Source of the DNA: Promethearchaeota archaeon
GTDB taxonomy: Archaea; Asgardarchaeota; Lokiarchaeia; Sigyniarchaeales; SOKP01
Direction of reading: 5' to 3'
Assembly (NCBI GenBank): GCA_048940445.1
Contig: JBHLON010000001.1
Span: 1-64,000, forward strand
DNA length: 64,000 nt
The notes below the pieces were generated by a model. It was not told the DNA's origin and made no database searches. It saw only the letters and a list, made by a program, of their open reading frames with translations. Position 1 is the first letter of the stretch. Each line of letters starts with the position of its first letter. The position numbers and the translations under genes are program-made. Of this stretch, positions 28,045 through 37,811 are shown in pieces.

Positions 28045-29427
28045 ATGTTAGACTTCTTTTTTTACCCTAAATCCATCGCAGTAATAGGTGCAACTGCCAA
28101 TCCTAAAAAGTTTGGAAATGCAGTCACATTAAATATCATTAGTAATACAAATTTAGAAAGTGAACTATTTCTTGTTTCTCATAAGAGTAAAGATATTTTA
28201 GGATTTAAATCATATACATCTATTTTAGAGATCCCAAAAGAGATTGACTTAGCAATAATTTTGGTACCCGCTAAAATTGTTGAAGATGTTATAGAAGAAT
28301 GTATTGAAAAAAAAGTTAAAGGGATAATTATTGTTACGGCTGGTTTTGGTGAAATTGATGATAAAGGGAAATTAATTGAACAAAGGATTGCTAAAAAATG
28401 TAGAGCTGCTGGAATTCGCATTATGGGCCCAAATTGTGTAGGGATTCAAAATCTAGATATAGGTTTAAATGCCTCATTTATACAAGCAGCACCTCCAGGT
28501 CACATTAGCATGATAAGCCAATCTGGTTCATTTGGATGTGCAAGCTTTTATGCAATGAAAATGGAAAATCTAGGATGTTCAAAATTTGCTAATATTGGTA
28601 ATAATATTGATGTTTCTTTCAGTGAAATTTTAGAATTTTTCAACAATGATAAGAACACTCATATCATCTGCCTTTATATGGAAACCGTTGCTGATGGCAG
28701 AGTTTTCTTAGACACCTTAAAAAAGATTGTGTTTAATAAACCAATAATTATATTAAAAGGGGGAAGAACAACTAAAGGGATGAAAGCTGCAAGTAGTCAT
28801 ACCGGATCTATAGTTTCGAATTATAATATATTAAAATCCTCAATAAAGCAAGCAGGAGCTATTTTATGCGAAAATACTAATGATTATATAACAGCTCTTA
28901 AAACACTCTACTTTTTACCAACTCCTCAAGGAGAAAATATTGGAGTATTAACTAATTCAGGAGGAAGTTCAGTTTTATTGTGTGATAAAATAGAAGAATT
29001 TAAATTGAGTCTAGCTGTATTCTCAGAAGAATTAAATCTTAAAATGGCTCCTTATTTATATCCTTTGGTTAAGCTTATTAATCCACTCGACATGATTGCT
29101 GCTGCTGCCGAAAAGCAATATTATGAGATCACAAAACTAATGTTAGAAGACACTAGTATTGATATTGTAATCGCTTGTGTGGTTATACCTCCATTTTTAG
29201 AAATGGATTCACTTGAACATTTTAGAGGCATTATACGTGCTTGGAATGATACAAAAAGGAGGAAACCAATTATCCCACTACTTTTTTTTAGTCAAAATTT
29301 TCAAAACGTAAAAAAATATGCAAAAGAAGAGAAATGTACAATTTTTTTCACACCCCAAGAAGCTGCTTTAGCTGCAAAAATATTAATTCAAAGGTTAAGA
29401 GTACTATCTAAAAGAAAATTTTTATAA
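28045..29427 (+). CDS. acdA: ADP-forming acyl-CoA synthetase alpha subunit
   Basis: PKSIAVIGA, TAGFGE, GPNCVG, SQSG, AASSHTG (phospho-His), TNSGG, NPLD. Confidence 0.92.
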   Translation: MLDFFFYPKSIAVIGATANPKKFGNAVTLNIISNTNLESELFLVSHKSKDILGFKSYTSILEIPKEIDLAIILVPAKIVEDVIEECIEKKVKGIIIVTAGFGEIDDKGKLIEQRIAKKCRAAGIRIMGPNCVGIQNLDIGLNASFIQAAPPGHISMISQSGSFGCASFYAMKMENLGCSKFANIGNNIDVSFSEILEFFNNDKNTHIICLYMETVADGRVFLDTLKKIVFNKPIIILKGGRTTKGMKAASSHTGSIVSNYNILKSSIKQAGAILCENTNDYITALKTLYFLPTPQGENIGVLTNSGGSSVLLCDKIEEFKLSLAVFSEELNLKMAPYLYPLVKLINPLDMIAAAAEKQYYEITKLMLEDTSIDIVIACVVIPPFLEMDSLEHFRGIIRAWNDTKRRKPIIPLLFFSQNFQNVKKYAKEEKCTIFFTPQEAALAAKILIQRLRVLSKRKFL

Positions 29428-30207
29428 TTCATAAGATTCTCTCGAAAATAATGCAGCTCCTAAAGCCCCTATATATTGCGGATTTGGTGGAATTAAAATA
29501 CTTGATTTAATTTTTTTTTCTAAAATTTTAGCAATAATATTGTTATATGCAATTACTCCACCTGTAAGCACAATTGTGCCTTGTAACTCTGCCATTTCTA
29601 TTATTCTATTTACTACAGACCCAAAGACACTTTTTAATAAGTCTTCAACTTTCTCTCCTTGTTTTATGCGAGAAAGTATCTCTGTTTTGGCAAAAACTGT
29701 ACAATAGCTTGCAAGGGGAACATTTAAAGCTGATTTTGCAGCTAAATTGTTTAAATCTTTTAGTGGAATATCGAGTTGGTATGCAATCTCCTCAATAAAT
29801 GCTCCAGTTCCCGCAGCACATTTTCTGTTCATTTTAAACCTAACTATCTTGCCATTATTGTCAAGTCTAATTACTTTTGTATCCTGACCTCCTATGTCAA
29901 TAATAGTTATCTCCCTAGGAAAATAATGATAAGCACCTTTTGCATGACAACTAATTTCAGTTTTATGAAGATCGGCAAAAAAAACCTTACTTTTTCCGTA
30001 ACCTGTAGCAGTAATATGGCATATATCCGACTTTGGTAATACCGCACTTGAAATTACAGCTTCAAAAGCATCTTTGCTTGAATCTTGAATGGAAATACCA
30101 GTTCGTTTAACAAAAGAACTTAAAACTTCTTTTTCAGTGTTAATAATAATTGCTTTTGTATATGAAGTTCCTGCATCTATTCCTACAAAATTTGCTTCAT
30201 TTTTCAT
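29422..30207 (-). CDS. 2-hydroxyacyl-CoA dehydratase activase (HgdC/BcrAD ASKHA family)
   Basis: GIDAGTS, ATGYG, EISCHAKGA, DIGGQDTK, MNRKCAAGTG, CTVFA. Confidence 0.93.
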   Translation of the reverse strand: MKNEANFVGIDAGTSYTKAIIINTEKEVLSSFVKRTGISIQDSSKDAFEAVISSAVLPKSDICHITATGYGKSKVFFADLHKTEISCHAKGAYHYFPREITIIDIGGQDTKVIRLDNNGKIVRFKMNRKCAAGTGAFIEEIAYQLDIPLKDLNNLAAKSALNVPLASYCTVFAKTEILSRIKQGEKVEDLLKSVFGSVVNRIIEMAELQGTIVLTGGVIAYNNIIAKILEKKIKSSILIPPNPQYIGALGAALFSRESYEL

Positions 30208-31147
30208 GATTTATCGGAGGAAGCTCACAACCTTTAATTAAAGAAACAAATATTTTATTATATGGCGTCAGAATTCCTTTAATCTTTCCGTACTCAACTA
30301 TTTTTCCATTAAGAAAATCAATTTCAGAAGGATTTCCGGAATTTATATCAGCTTCCATAGAAACTCTGTGATGCCCTGCTTTATCTAAATATTCCATAGC
30401 ATGGTCTAAAAAATCAGGTTCATAAGTTATTCCTTTTGCTTTTGCAACTTCAACACATTCATATAAAATTCCTCTGCAAATTTCTCTTGTTTCACTAAAG
30501 CTCATTGTTTGTTTCATTGTTGTATGAGTAGTAGCACATACAGGACTAATACAATTCAAAATGCATTTCTTCCATTCAAATTTTTTTATATCTGGAGTAA
30601 AAATCGTATCTAATCCAGAAGAAGTGATAATTTCAGCTAATTTTTTGGCCTTATCTTCAGCTTCCGAAGATAAAACACCAATATAATTTGGAGGGTTAAA
30701 AAAAGACATCCTAATTACACCATCTTTTACTAAGTTTCCAGCATAATTAACTACTACACGCATAGTATTTTCTACTCCTACGTATTCTGCTATTAGTTCT
30801 TCTGTATCAAATCCGTTTTGAAGACTAATTAAAGTAGTACTTGGTTTGATAACACTCATAATTTGAGGTAAGACTTGATTTAAACGAGATGCTTTTACAG
30901 CAATAAATACGGTATCTACCTCTTTATTATGAAGTTCATCTACGGAATAACAAATATTTTCTTTCGGGAATTTGGAAATAAATTCTTTTAGATGGACTAT
31001 TTTTAATCCTTTTTTTTTAATCGTATCCATATGACTTTTATATACGTCAACGAGTATCACATCATGACCAGCTTTAGCAAGATGTGCAGCTAAAATTCCT
31101 CCTGTTGGACCTACACCAATTATTCCAAATTTAAAGGTTTGTTCCAT
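30197..31147 (-). CDS. panE: Ketopantoate reductase-family 2-oxoacid reductase
   Basis: G.G..GG, AVKA, SLQNG, WKK...N, SM..D, SEIDFLNG. Confidence 0.85.
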   Translation of the reverse strand: MEQTFKFGIIGVGPTGGILAAHLAKAGHDVILVDVYKSHMDTIKKKGLKIVHLKEFISKFPKENICYSVDELHNKEVDTVFIAVKASRLNQVLPQIMSVIKPSTTLISLQNGFDTEELIAEYVGVENTMRVVVNYAGNLVKDGVIRMSFFNPPNYIGVLSSEAEDKAKKLAEIITSSGLDTIFTPDIKKFEWKKCILNCISPVCATTHTTMKQTMSFSETREICRGILYECVEVAKAKGITYEPDFLDHAMEYLDKAGHHRVSMEADINSGNPSEIDFLNGKIVEYGKIKGILTPYNKIFVSLIKGCELPPINHEK

Positions 31148-31171
31148 AATTCATCTTCTTTAACAATATAT

Positions 31172-31660
31172 TTAAATTGATATGTCTAACAACTTCTTCA
31201 TCAATTTTGATAATTTTTCTGCTGCTATTCTTCGTTTTTGCAGATTAAAGGTATTTGCATCTATAAATTGAAGAGCCCTGGGAATACAAAACTTTACACA
31301 AATAGGATCTCCTTTGCAAAGATCACATTTAATTATCTTTCTATTCTTATCGATTCCTACTCCACCTAATGGACAGAACATTACACACATTTTGCATCCT
31401 ACACATAGTTCTTCATTTATGAGCATGGCTCCTGTCTTTTCGTCTCTGGTTATTGCATTCATAGGGCAAACAGTCTCACAGATAGGTGTTTCACATTGCT
31501 GACAAACCATAGGGATATACAATCCTGCATTATCCCACTTTACAATATGTATTCTTGCTCTATTTGGATTACTTACTTTTTCATGAGAAATTGAACATAC
31601 ATTCTCACACAATCGGCATCCAGTACATTTTTCGGTATCAACAAATAAAATCTTATGCAA
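31172..31660 (-). CDS. Polyferredoxin subunit (4 clusters) associated with AOR
   Basis: CTGCRLCENVC, CQQC..P.C..VCP, CVGCKMCVMFCP, KCDLC; TTG start at 31660 after GGGGGA. Confidence 0.92.
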   Translation of the reverse strand: MHKILFVDTEKCTGCRLCENVCSISHEKVSNPNRARIHIVKWDNAGLYIPMVCQQCETPICETVCPMNAITRDEKTGAMLINEELCVGCKMCVMFCPLGGVGIDKNRKIIKCDLCKGDPICVKFCIPRALQFIDANTFNLQKRRIAAEKLSKLMKKLLDISI

Positions 31661-31676
31661 ATTTAATCCCCCCAAA

Positions 31677-33566
31677 CTATATAATGTGAGATGGTTCTTC
31701 TTCTAATTCAAGTTCCTTAAGAGTTAGTTGAGTTGGAGTTCCTTTATCATCCCATCCGTGAAGAATATAATAATCGTCTAGTAACGTTTGAAATTTGTCT
31801 CTGTCAATCTTTAAACCTTGAACTCGTGGAAGCCCTATTGGAGTTGATTCTTCAAAATAACGGTCTGGTAATATATCATCACTACGTGTAAATCCTTCTC
31901 TATTATTAAACATTCTTTCAATTGTGTAAATCCTTTCTCCTATTTGCATAAGTTCTGAAACAGAAAACTCCATTCCTGTAGCTAAATAAATAAGTTTTGA
32001 AAATTCTTCCCATTTTGGGGCATGAACAGCCAAAAAGACTGTCTGAAATTTACATGTACCAAGTGAATCTGTTACCGCATAAAGGAGTTCTTGCCACCAA
32101 ACCATTCTGCTCTTTCCCACATAAGAGCGATAATCTGAAGACATCTTACCTCCATAAATTTCTTCCAAAAAATCTTCTGGTAATCCATAAAGATCTATAG
32201 CAGGCCTTCCTCTTAGATGATCAGCACCTCTTGTTGAGGTTGTAATTCCTAAGGCTAAGCTGGGCGTAGGGCGTTCATCTGAATGTAGATTACTCATGCC
32301 TTTTACTTCAATCGCGTAATATTTAGAGTCTTCACCTATTTTTGTAATAGCACTTTTAAACCCATCCGCTAGGATATTACCAAATCCTTCTCGATAAGCA
32401 ATTTTTTTAATTAAATCAAAAAGGACTTTTTCATTACCCCACTCAAGTTTTAACCCTTCTGTCGTTCTATCGTCTATGATACCTTTCTCATAAAGTTCCA
32501 TTGCCCAAGCAATTAGACCTCCTGTTTCTAATGTATCCAAACCATATTTGTTAACAAGATGATTTGCTACCAGAATCGTCTCCATATTTTTGCAATCTAC
32601 CATGGTACCAAATGCTCCAAGAGAAGTATATTCTGGGCCTTCAGCAAATATCGGAGCAAAAGCTCCTTCTTTTAATGTGTAACGATGACGACAGCTAACT
32701 GGGCACCCATAACAGCCAGACATGCCTATAGTGTACTTATCCATTTCTTCGGGTTCAATATCCCAACCCTGTTCCAACTGATTTAGCTGGAAATTTCTAG
32801 TTCTTATTAATCCAGTAGTATTAGTGGTACTATATATAACAAGAGTACCCCATTTAGAAGCTGCTCGAGAATATCGATTCTTCATAACCATATCGATTAT
32901 TTCTTTGCAATAACTCAATAATTCATCGGGATAAGAAAACTGAATATCCAGAGTCCCACGAGCTGCTATAGCTTTAAGATTCTTGGATCCCATTACGCAT
33001 CCCATACCTGTTCGTCCTGCAGAATTTTTCATCCCAGTCCTTACATTAGCAAAACGAACAAGATTTTCACCCGCTTTACCTATTACTAATGATTTAATTT
33101 CCTCATCTCCTTGTTCTGAGCGTATTAAGCTTTGTGATTCAAATGTATCCTTCCCCCAAATAAGAGACGCATCTCTTATTTCAATTTCTCCATCATGTAT
33201 GAAAAGATAACTAGGCTTTTTAGCTTTTCCGGTAATAACTAAATGATCAAATCCAGCCATTCTCATTTCTGGAGCAAAAAAACCTCCTATATTCGAATCA
33301 CCAATAGCGCCTGTTAAAGGGGATTTTGCTGCGATGTCACATCTTCCACTCCCTAGTGCTGGTATACCTGTAAGCAAACCCGTCCCAATTAGTAATACGT
33401 TATCAGTACTTAATGGATCAATCCCTGGCAAAAGATGGTTGTAAAGAAGATACATATTTATACCTCTTCCACCTAAAAACTTTTCCCGAATTGACTTAGG
33501 AATAGGTTTTATATTGATTTCTTCGTTCGATAAGTTGATATAAGCAATTTTTTTATTCCATACTAT
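31677..33566 (-). CDS. aor: Tungsten-dependent aldehyde:ferredoxin oxidoreductase family protein (probable ATA start at 33566)
   Basis: FLGGRG, KSPLTG, AGR.GMG.VMGSKNLKAI, C..C...C, GPEY, GLDT, RGADHL, D.LG.C, YY..HGWD; the frame stays open 37 codons upstream of the track ATG. Confidence 0.93.
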   Translation of the reverse strand: MVWNKKIAYINLSNEEINIKPIPKSIREKFLGGRGINMYLLYNHLLPGIDPLSTDNVLLIGTGLLTGIPALGSGRCDIAAKSPLTGAIGDSNIGGFFAPEMRMAGFDHLVITGKAKKPSYLFIHDGEIEIRDASLIWGKDTFESQSLIRSEQGDEEIKSLVIGKAGENLVRFANVRTGMKNSAGRTGMGCVMGSKNLKAIAARGTLDIQFSYPDELLSYCKEIIDMVMKNRYSRAASKWGTLVIYSTTNTTGLIRTRNFQLNQLEQGWDIEPEEMDKYTIGMSGCYGCPVSCRHRYTLKEGAFAPIFAEGPEYTSLGAFGTMVDCKNMETILVANHLVNKYGLDTLETGGLIAWAMELYEKGIIDDRTTEGLKLEWGNEKVLFDLIKKIAYREGFGNILADGFKSAITKIGEDSKYYAIEVKGMSNLHSDERPTPSLALGITTSTRGADHLRGRPAIDLYGLPEDFLEEIYGGKMSSDYRSYVGKSRMVWWQELLYAVTDSLGTCKFQTVFLAVHAPKWEEFSKLIYLATGMEFSVSELMQIGERIYTIERMFNNREGFTRSDDILPDRYFEESTPIGLPRVQGLKIDRDKFQTLLDDYYILHGWDDKGTPTQLTLKELELEEEPSHII

Positions 33567-33624
33567 AGTCTTCCACCTTTTTTAGCTAATCTTATTTACT
33601 CAAAAACTATTATGTTTTTAGAGT

Positions 33625-33644
33625 GATGGGAAAATTTACCCGCG
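33625..33644. promoter_or_regulatory. Operator candidate GATGGG-N8-CCCGCG upstream of aor, next to an inverted repeat at 33598-33624
   Basis: Matches the 25414 motif; actcaaaaac-tattat-gtttttagagt is immediately adjacent. Confidence 0.48.
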
Positions 33645-33852
33645 GAATGTCAAGAACTAAACTCCAAAGTAAACTTAATAATAGTATCCACTTATTAAAT
33701 TAATATATTTTACCTTTTATTTAAATCATCCATTAGATTTAAATAATTCAACATAAACTAATAAGTAGAAGAATACTTTAAAATATTAAATATAATAAGA
33801 ATCATATAGCATTAAGCTGACTTAGAATTATAGTGTAATAAGGGACATCTAG

Positions 33853-34008
33853 ATGAGTGAAGATACAAAATGTAGATGCATGAATTGTCTTAAACGTTTT
33901 ACAGTTACAAAAGATGCGAAAGAGGCTACTTGTCCTTACTGTAATATCAAGTATAGAATCTCGTGGCCTTGGCCGGGACAGCCAAAAGTTCGAGGACTGG
34001 CAAAATAA
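33853..34008 (+). CDS. 51-aa zinc-ribbon microprotein (not in ORF track)
   Basis: MSEDTKCRCMNCLKRFTVTKDAKEATCPYCNIKYRISWPWPGQPKVRGLAK; two CxxC; AAGGGA upstream; locally GC-richer than the flanks. Confidence 0.8.
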   Translation: MSEDTKCRCMNCLKRFTVTKDAKEATCPYCNIKYRISWPWPGQPKVRGLAK

Positions 34009-34015
34009 GTAGGGA

Positions 34016-35548
34016 TTATTCAATTTGCATTGCTGATTCAAATAATTCTGTTATATCGTAGATCTTTAATGACCTATTAATGCTTTTTTTAGCATGTGAT
34101 GCAAATCTGAAATTAATTTTACATTGAGGACAAGCTGTTGTTAATACATTAACATTTTTAGGTAAGTCTTCTTTTAATCTTCTTTGTGTCGATTCCAAAC
34201 TTACTTTGTTATTAAAAGACCATAACCCGCCTCCACCTCCACAACATCGTGCACAATTTCTATTCAATGGCATCTCAATCAAATTTAATTTAGGAATTGC
34301 TTTTAATACATTACGCGGAGGTTCATATATATGACTATGCCTTCCAAGGGAACATGGATCATGATAAGTAACATTAATCTCTAATGGTTTTAGTTTAACT
34401 TTTTTATTTTGGATTGTTTTATCAAGAAATTGAGATGTGTGAAGTATCTTACAAGGTAACCTTACATTAAGAATTTCGGGATAAAGTCTTGTAAAAGTAT
34501 AATAACACCCAGAACAAGGTGTTATAAGCGTATTAGCCTTAGTTCTTTCAATTCTTTTAATAACCGCTTCTGCAACTATTTTTGCATCCTCCCATAATCC
34601 AGATGAAATTAGAACATAACCACAACAGCCTTCATTATTTCCCAGCATTGTGTAGTCAACTTTCATTCGATTCAAAATATTAATGAGAGATTGTGCAGTT
34701 TTAGGAGCTCGAGTTGCAACTGTACATCCTAACCAACAAAGAATTTCTGATTGTTTTGATAGATTTGATTTAGAATAATTATGTACTCTAGAAAGCCGTC
34801 GATCAGTAGGTGTACCACTAGGATCCCCATATTTTATGATGTTCTCAGATGTAGTATGAAATATTTCAGGTGTTAAATTTTCTTTAACTAATTTGTGTCT
34901 TAAATAGAGTATAGCCTCGTGGAACTCTAAATTTTGAAAACATTGAGCAAAACAAAGACCACACTTTGTACAATTATATAAGATATCAACAACTTTTTCT
35001 GAAAATGCCAAGTCTCCCTTCATAATTCCTCTCGTTATAAGAAATCGCCCTTTCGATGACCAAGTTTCAATTCCTTTAAAAGACTTACTAACGGTACAAT
35101 AACCACTACAAGTGGTACATTGTTGGCATTTGCTTATATTTTTGCCTAGAAACAAATTTTGTACAGCTAAAGCAATGTTTTTATATGTCCCATACTTCTC
35201 TATATGATTATTGTTTAATCTATTGTTAGTTTCTGCTTTAGAACAATTTTCAAGGTTTGGAATTTCTACATTATCAAATAAAATCAAAGGTCTGGGCGAT
35301 TTGCCTATATCTATTAAATTATTTTTTCCTCTCTCTAATAAAATCAGATCCTCTTCTTGAACAAAATCTTTTATCTTATTTTCATCTATTTTATTGCAAA
35401 CTCTGATTACAATATCTGGTTTCACTTTATTCTGATTTAGAAAGACTTGTTCAAAAGAATATACATAAAGGTCTTCTGAATCAGTCAATATTTGATCAAT
35501 TTTTACTATCTTATTTAATTTCTCGATGATTTTATCTTTAATACTCAT
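34016..35548 (-). CDS. GlcF/HdrD-like Fe-S oxidoreductase (2x4Fe-4S plus 2 CCG domains) with a vestigial GlcD-like N-terminus
   Basis: CTKCGLCFAQC, LGC, EGCCG, TPCSGC, YHDPCSLGR, CCGGGGG, TACPQC. Confidence 0.88.
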   Translation of the reverse strand: MSIKDKIIEKLNKIVKIDQILTDSEDLYVYSFEQVFLNQNKVKPDIVIRVCNKIDENKIKDFVQEEDLILLERGKNNLIDIGKSPRPLILFDNVEIPNLENCSKAETNNRLNNNHIEKYGTYKNIALAVQNLFLGKNISKCQQCTTCSGYCTVSKSFKGIETWSSKGRFLITRGIMKGDLAFSEKVVDILYNCTKCGLCFAQCFQNLEFHEAILYLRHKLVKENLTPEIFHTTSENIIKYGDPSGTPTDRRLSRVHNYSKSNLSKQSEILCWLGCTVATRAPKTAQSLINILNRMKVDYTMLGNNEGCCGYVLISSGLWEDAKIVAEAVIKRIERTKANTLITPCSGCYYTFTRLYPEILNVRLPCKILHTSQFLDKTIQNKKVKLKPLEINVTYHDPCSLGRHSHIYEPPRNVLKAIPKLNLIEMPLNRNCARCCGGGGGLWSFNNKVSLESTQRRLKEDLPKNVNVLTTACPQCKINFRFASHAKKSINRSLKIYDITELFESAMQIE

Positions 35549-35677
35549 ATGCGTTGCTTAAATCAAGAAAATCTTAATTATTTAATTGAAAATATATATG
35601 ATATTTTTAAGCTTGTGATTAATCTTTATAATTCTATTGAATAAAATTTTTAATCTCATTAAAATTTTTAAGATTTA

Positions 35678-35959
35678 ATGGCAAATGTCGTACTCAAGTT
35701 AATGACAACTTTCTCAACTGACGTTGGTTTAACTGAGATCAATTATCCGAATGTTGAAACATTAGGGGAAGTAATTAAACAGTTCATGCATGAACATGGG
35801 AATAAAATAAGAAGAAATTTTATAGATAAACATGGAAATCTGGAGTCTCACGTAGTTATTTTAGTAAATGGAAGAAATTATTTATTTTTAGAAGATTTAA
35901 ACACAAAATTAAAAGATGATGATAAAATAGTAATTTCTCCTCCACTTGTTGGTGGATAA
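35678..35959 (+). CDS. MoaD/SAMP ubiquitin-like sulfur carrier
   Basis: ILVNGR...L.D.D.I.I.PP.VGG C-terminal diglycine. Confidence 0.92.
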   Translation: MANVVLKLMTTFSTDVGLTEINYPNVETLGEVIKQFMHEHGNKIRRNFIDKHGNLESHVVILVNGRNYLFLEDLNTKLKDDDKIVISPPLVGG

Positions 35960-35982
35960 AAATCGTTCTTTAGAAAAATAAC

Positions 35983-36453
35983 TTATAAAATTAGTAAATT
36001 AATCCATTCTGCGAAAAGAGCAGGCTTTTCTTGACCACGAATTTCTATTGTATGATGTGAAATGAATTTCATACCTTGTTTTACTAATTCTACTTTTGAA
36101 ATATAAGATACGTCTCGAATATAAGCTCCCACAGGTACAGGAGAAATAAATCTTATTTTATCAAAACCATAATTGATTATTGCTTTTGCATCTGTAACAT
36201 AAAACTGCATTGAATCTCTTTCACCATCTTGTAAAGTAAAAAAGCCTAACATAGATAAGACAAAAAATCCATGAGCAACAGTTTTACCATAAATCGAAGT
36301 TTTTGCTTTTTCGGGATTGATATGAATATATTGGTGATCTTTTGTTAGATCCGCAAACTTATTTATTTCGACTTGACTTACTTTATACCATTTTGTTACA
36401 AATTCTTGACCAAGATAATTTTTTATATCAATTGCTTTTATCTTATTAACCAT
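35983..36453 (-). CDS. MaoC-family dehydratase (NodN-like)
   Basis: FADLTKDHQYIH, AHG, NYGFDKIRF..PVPVG. Confidence 0.92.
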   Translation of the reverse strand: MVNKIKAIDIKNYLGQEFVTKWYKVSQVEINKFADLTKDHQYIHINPEKAKTSIYGKTVAHGFFVLSMLGFFTLQDGERDSMQFYVTDAKAIINYGFDKIRFISPVPVGAYIRDVSYISKVELVKQGMKFISHHTIEIRGQEKPALFAEWINLLIL

Positions 36454-36516
36454 TTTTGATTCTCATTTAATTTCGAGTTTTTTATTAAATACTCTATTAT
36501 TTCAAGGGATTACACC

Positions 36517-37749
36517 CTAGTTTTTTAATTCTTCTAGTTGTTCAATAAATGCTTCTATACTTGTTTTGGATTGCTCATCAGAAAGGCACCGTAAATCATT
36601 TAAGTCACCATTTAGAATTAATGAAGGGATTCCTGCTTGGGTCTCAATTCTTTGTGGCATTCCATAGCGACTATTTGTATTATGCGGGCAAGTTCTTGCG
36701 TCATGAAAGATAATACCATCAACTTTGAAGAATTTTACCATCTTATCCAGATAAATTTCTTTAAATTCGTCTGATCGTACAATAAATAGTTCGGTATAGG
36801 CTTTTGCCATACTTTTAATTGGATCATGCTCATCAAAGGCTGCAAAAATCCAACTATTACAATAAGTTGATGCGACTATGCATGTTTTGAGGCTAGCAAA
36901 TAATTCAGAATAGTGTTTTAATCTACCCCAGATCGGCATTCCTTCCCAATATAATCTAAAACGTTCATTATCCACTGCTCCAATATGATTTTCGACTCTC
37001 TGTTGGAGTTCAGCTAACAAAATTTTATAATATTCTACAGCTGTTTTAGTTCCTCTTAGAACCACAGCGGGAGCCATGTGGATTGTACCATCAAAATAAG
37101 TTAGTGGTGAGGGTATCGTAGCTGCCGTATCTAAAATACTCTTCCATAATTCAGAACATTCTCGAGAGAGAAAGACTACTTTTTTAAGTTTTTCCTGCTC
37201 AAATTCAACCATTGAAATTTGTTCTAACTTTTTAATAAGCTGTTCCATCTGTTGTGCTATAAATTCAACATGAGCACTTGTAACTTTCCCAACTGTTCTT
37301 GGAGTGGAAATACCTATTAAGGGTGCTTTAAATTCATTAGCAAACCAACTAAACCAATCTTGCACTTCTCGACATTGATTTGTATTAAAAACTAATACAT
37401 CTGGTTTTGGTATGCTTTTAATATCAGGATAGGCTTTCGATAATGCCGTTTCTTGCCTTAAATAAGCCCCTATATCAGCAGTAAGGTATGAGCATATTTC
37501 AGGCGAATAACCAATTGCATTAGCATATGGAATTAAATCTGTTGCCATTCTAGAAGCCCCTAACATAGCGCTGTGATTCTCTGGAAAATAAACTTCAAAA
37601 TCTAGGGCTCTTAGAATTTCTGCTGGGCCAACGCTCGAACACCAAGCAACTTTTTTCTCATTTGTTCTCGAGGCTTTGTCTAAGTTATGATAATATTCCG
37701 ACATAATTTGGTTTAATTCTTTAACTGCTTTTATTTTCTTTCTAAGCAT
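36517..37749 (-). CDS. 2-hydroxyacyl-CoA dehydratase/benzoyl-CoA reductase family subunit
   Basis: AWCSS..PAE, YFPEN, ICSY, PKPD...NQC, RLYWEG.P.W, DGIIFH...C, GDL.D, EAFIE. Confidence 0.9.
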   Translation of the reverse strand: MLRKKIKAVKELNQIMSEYYHNLDKASRTNEKKVAWCSSVGPAEILRALDFEVYFPENHSAMLGASRMATDLIPYANAIGYSPEICSYLTADIGAYLRQETALSKAYPDIKSIPKPDVLVFNTNQCREVQDWFSWFANEFKAPLIGISTPRTVGKVTSAHVEFIAQQMEQLIKKLEQISMVEFEQEKLKKVVFLSRECSELWKSILDTAATIPSPLTYFDGTIHMAPAVVLRGTKTAVEYYKILLAELQQRVENHIGAVDNERFRLYWEGMPIWGRLKHYSELFASLKTCIVASTYCNSWIFAAFDEHDPIKSMAKAYTELFIVRSDEFKEIYLDKMVKFFKVDGIIFHDARTCPHNTNSRYGMPQRIETQAGIPSLILNGDLNDLRCLSDEQSKTSIEAFIEQLEELKN

Positions 37750-37811
37750 TGCTTGTAGCCTATTGAATATAATTTTGAACTTAAAATAAAAAATAAATAA
37801 TTAGATTTAAT

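Noticed and set aside
31677-33566. AOR as class II benzoyl-CoA reductase BamB
   Set aside because: The sequence looks like a general AOR-family member, no BamC-I module is adjacent, and a class I reductase is present. A tree would be decisive.
33570-33700. Moco/Wco riboswitch in the aor leader
   Set aside because: Only short AT-rich inverted repeats are visible and I cannot recognise the consensus; better explained as operator DNA. An Infernal search with the Rfam Moco model would settle it.
33802-34041. 79-aa minus-strand ORF in the track
   Set aside because: The opposite strand encodes a more convincing CxxC microprotein (33853..34008) with a ribosome-binding site.
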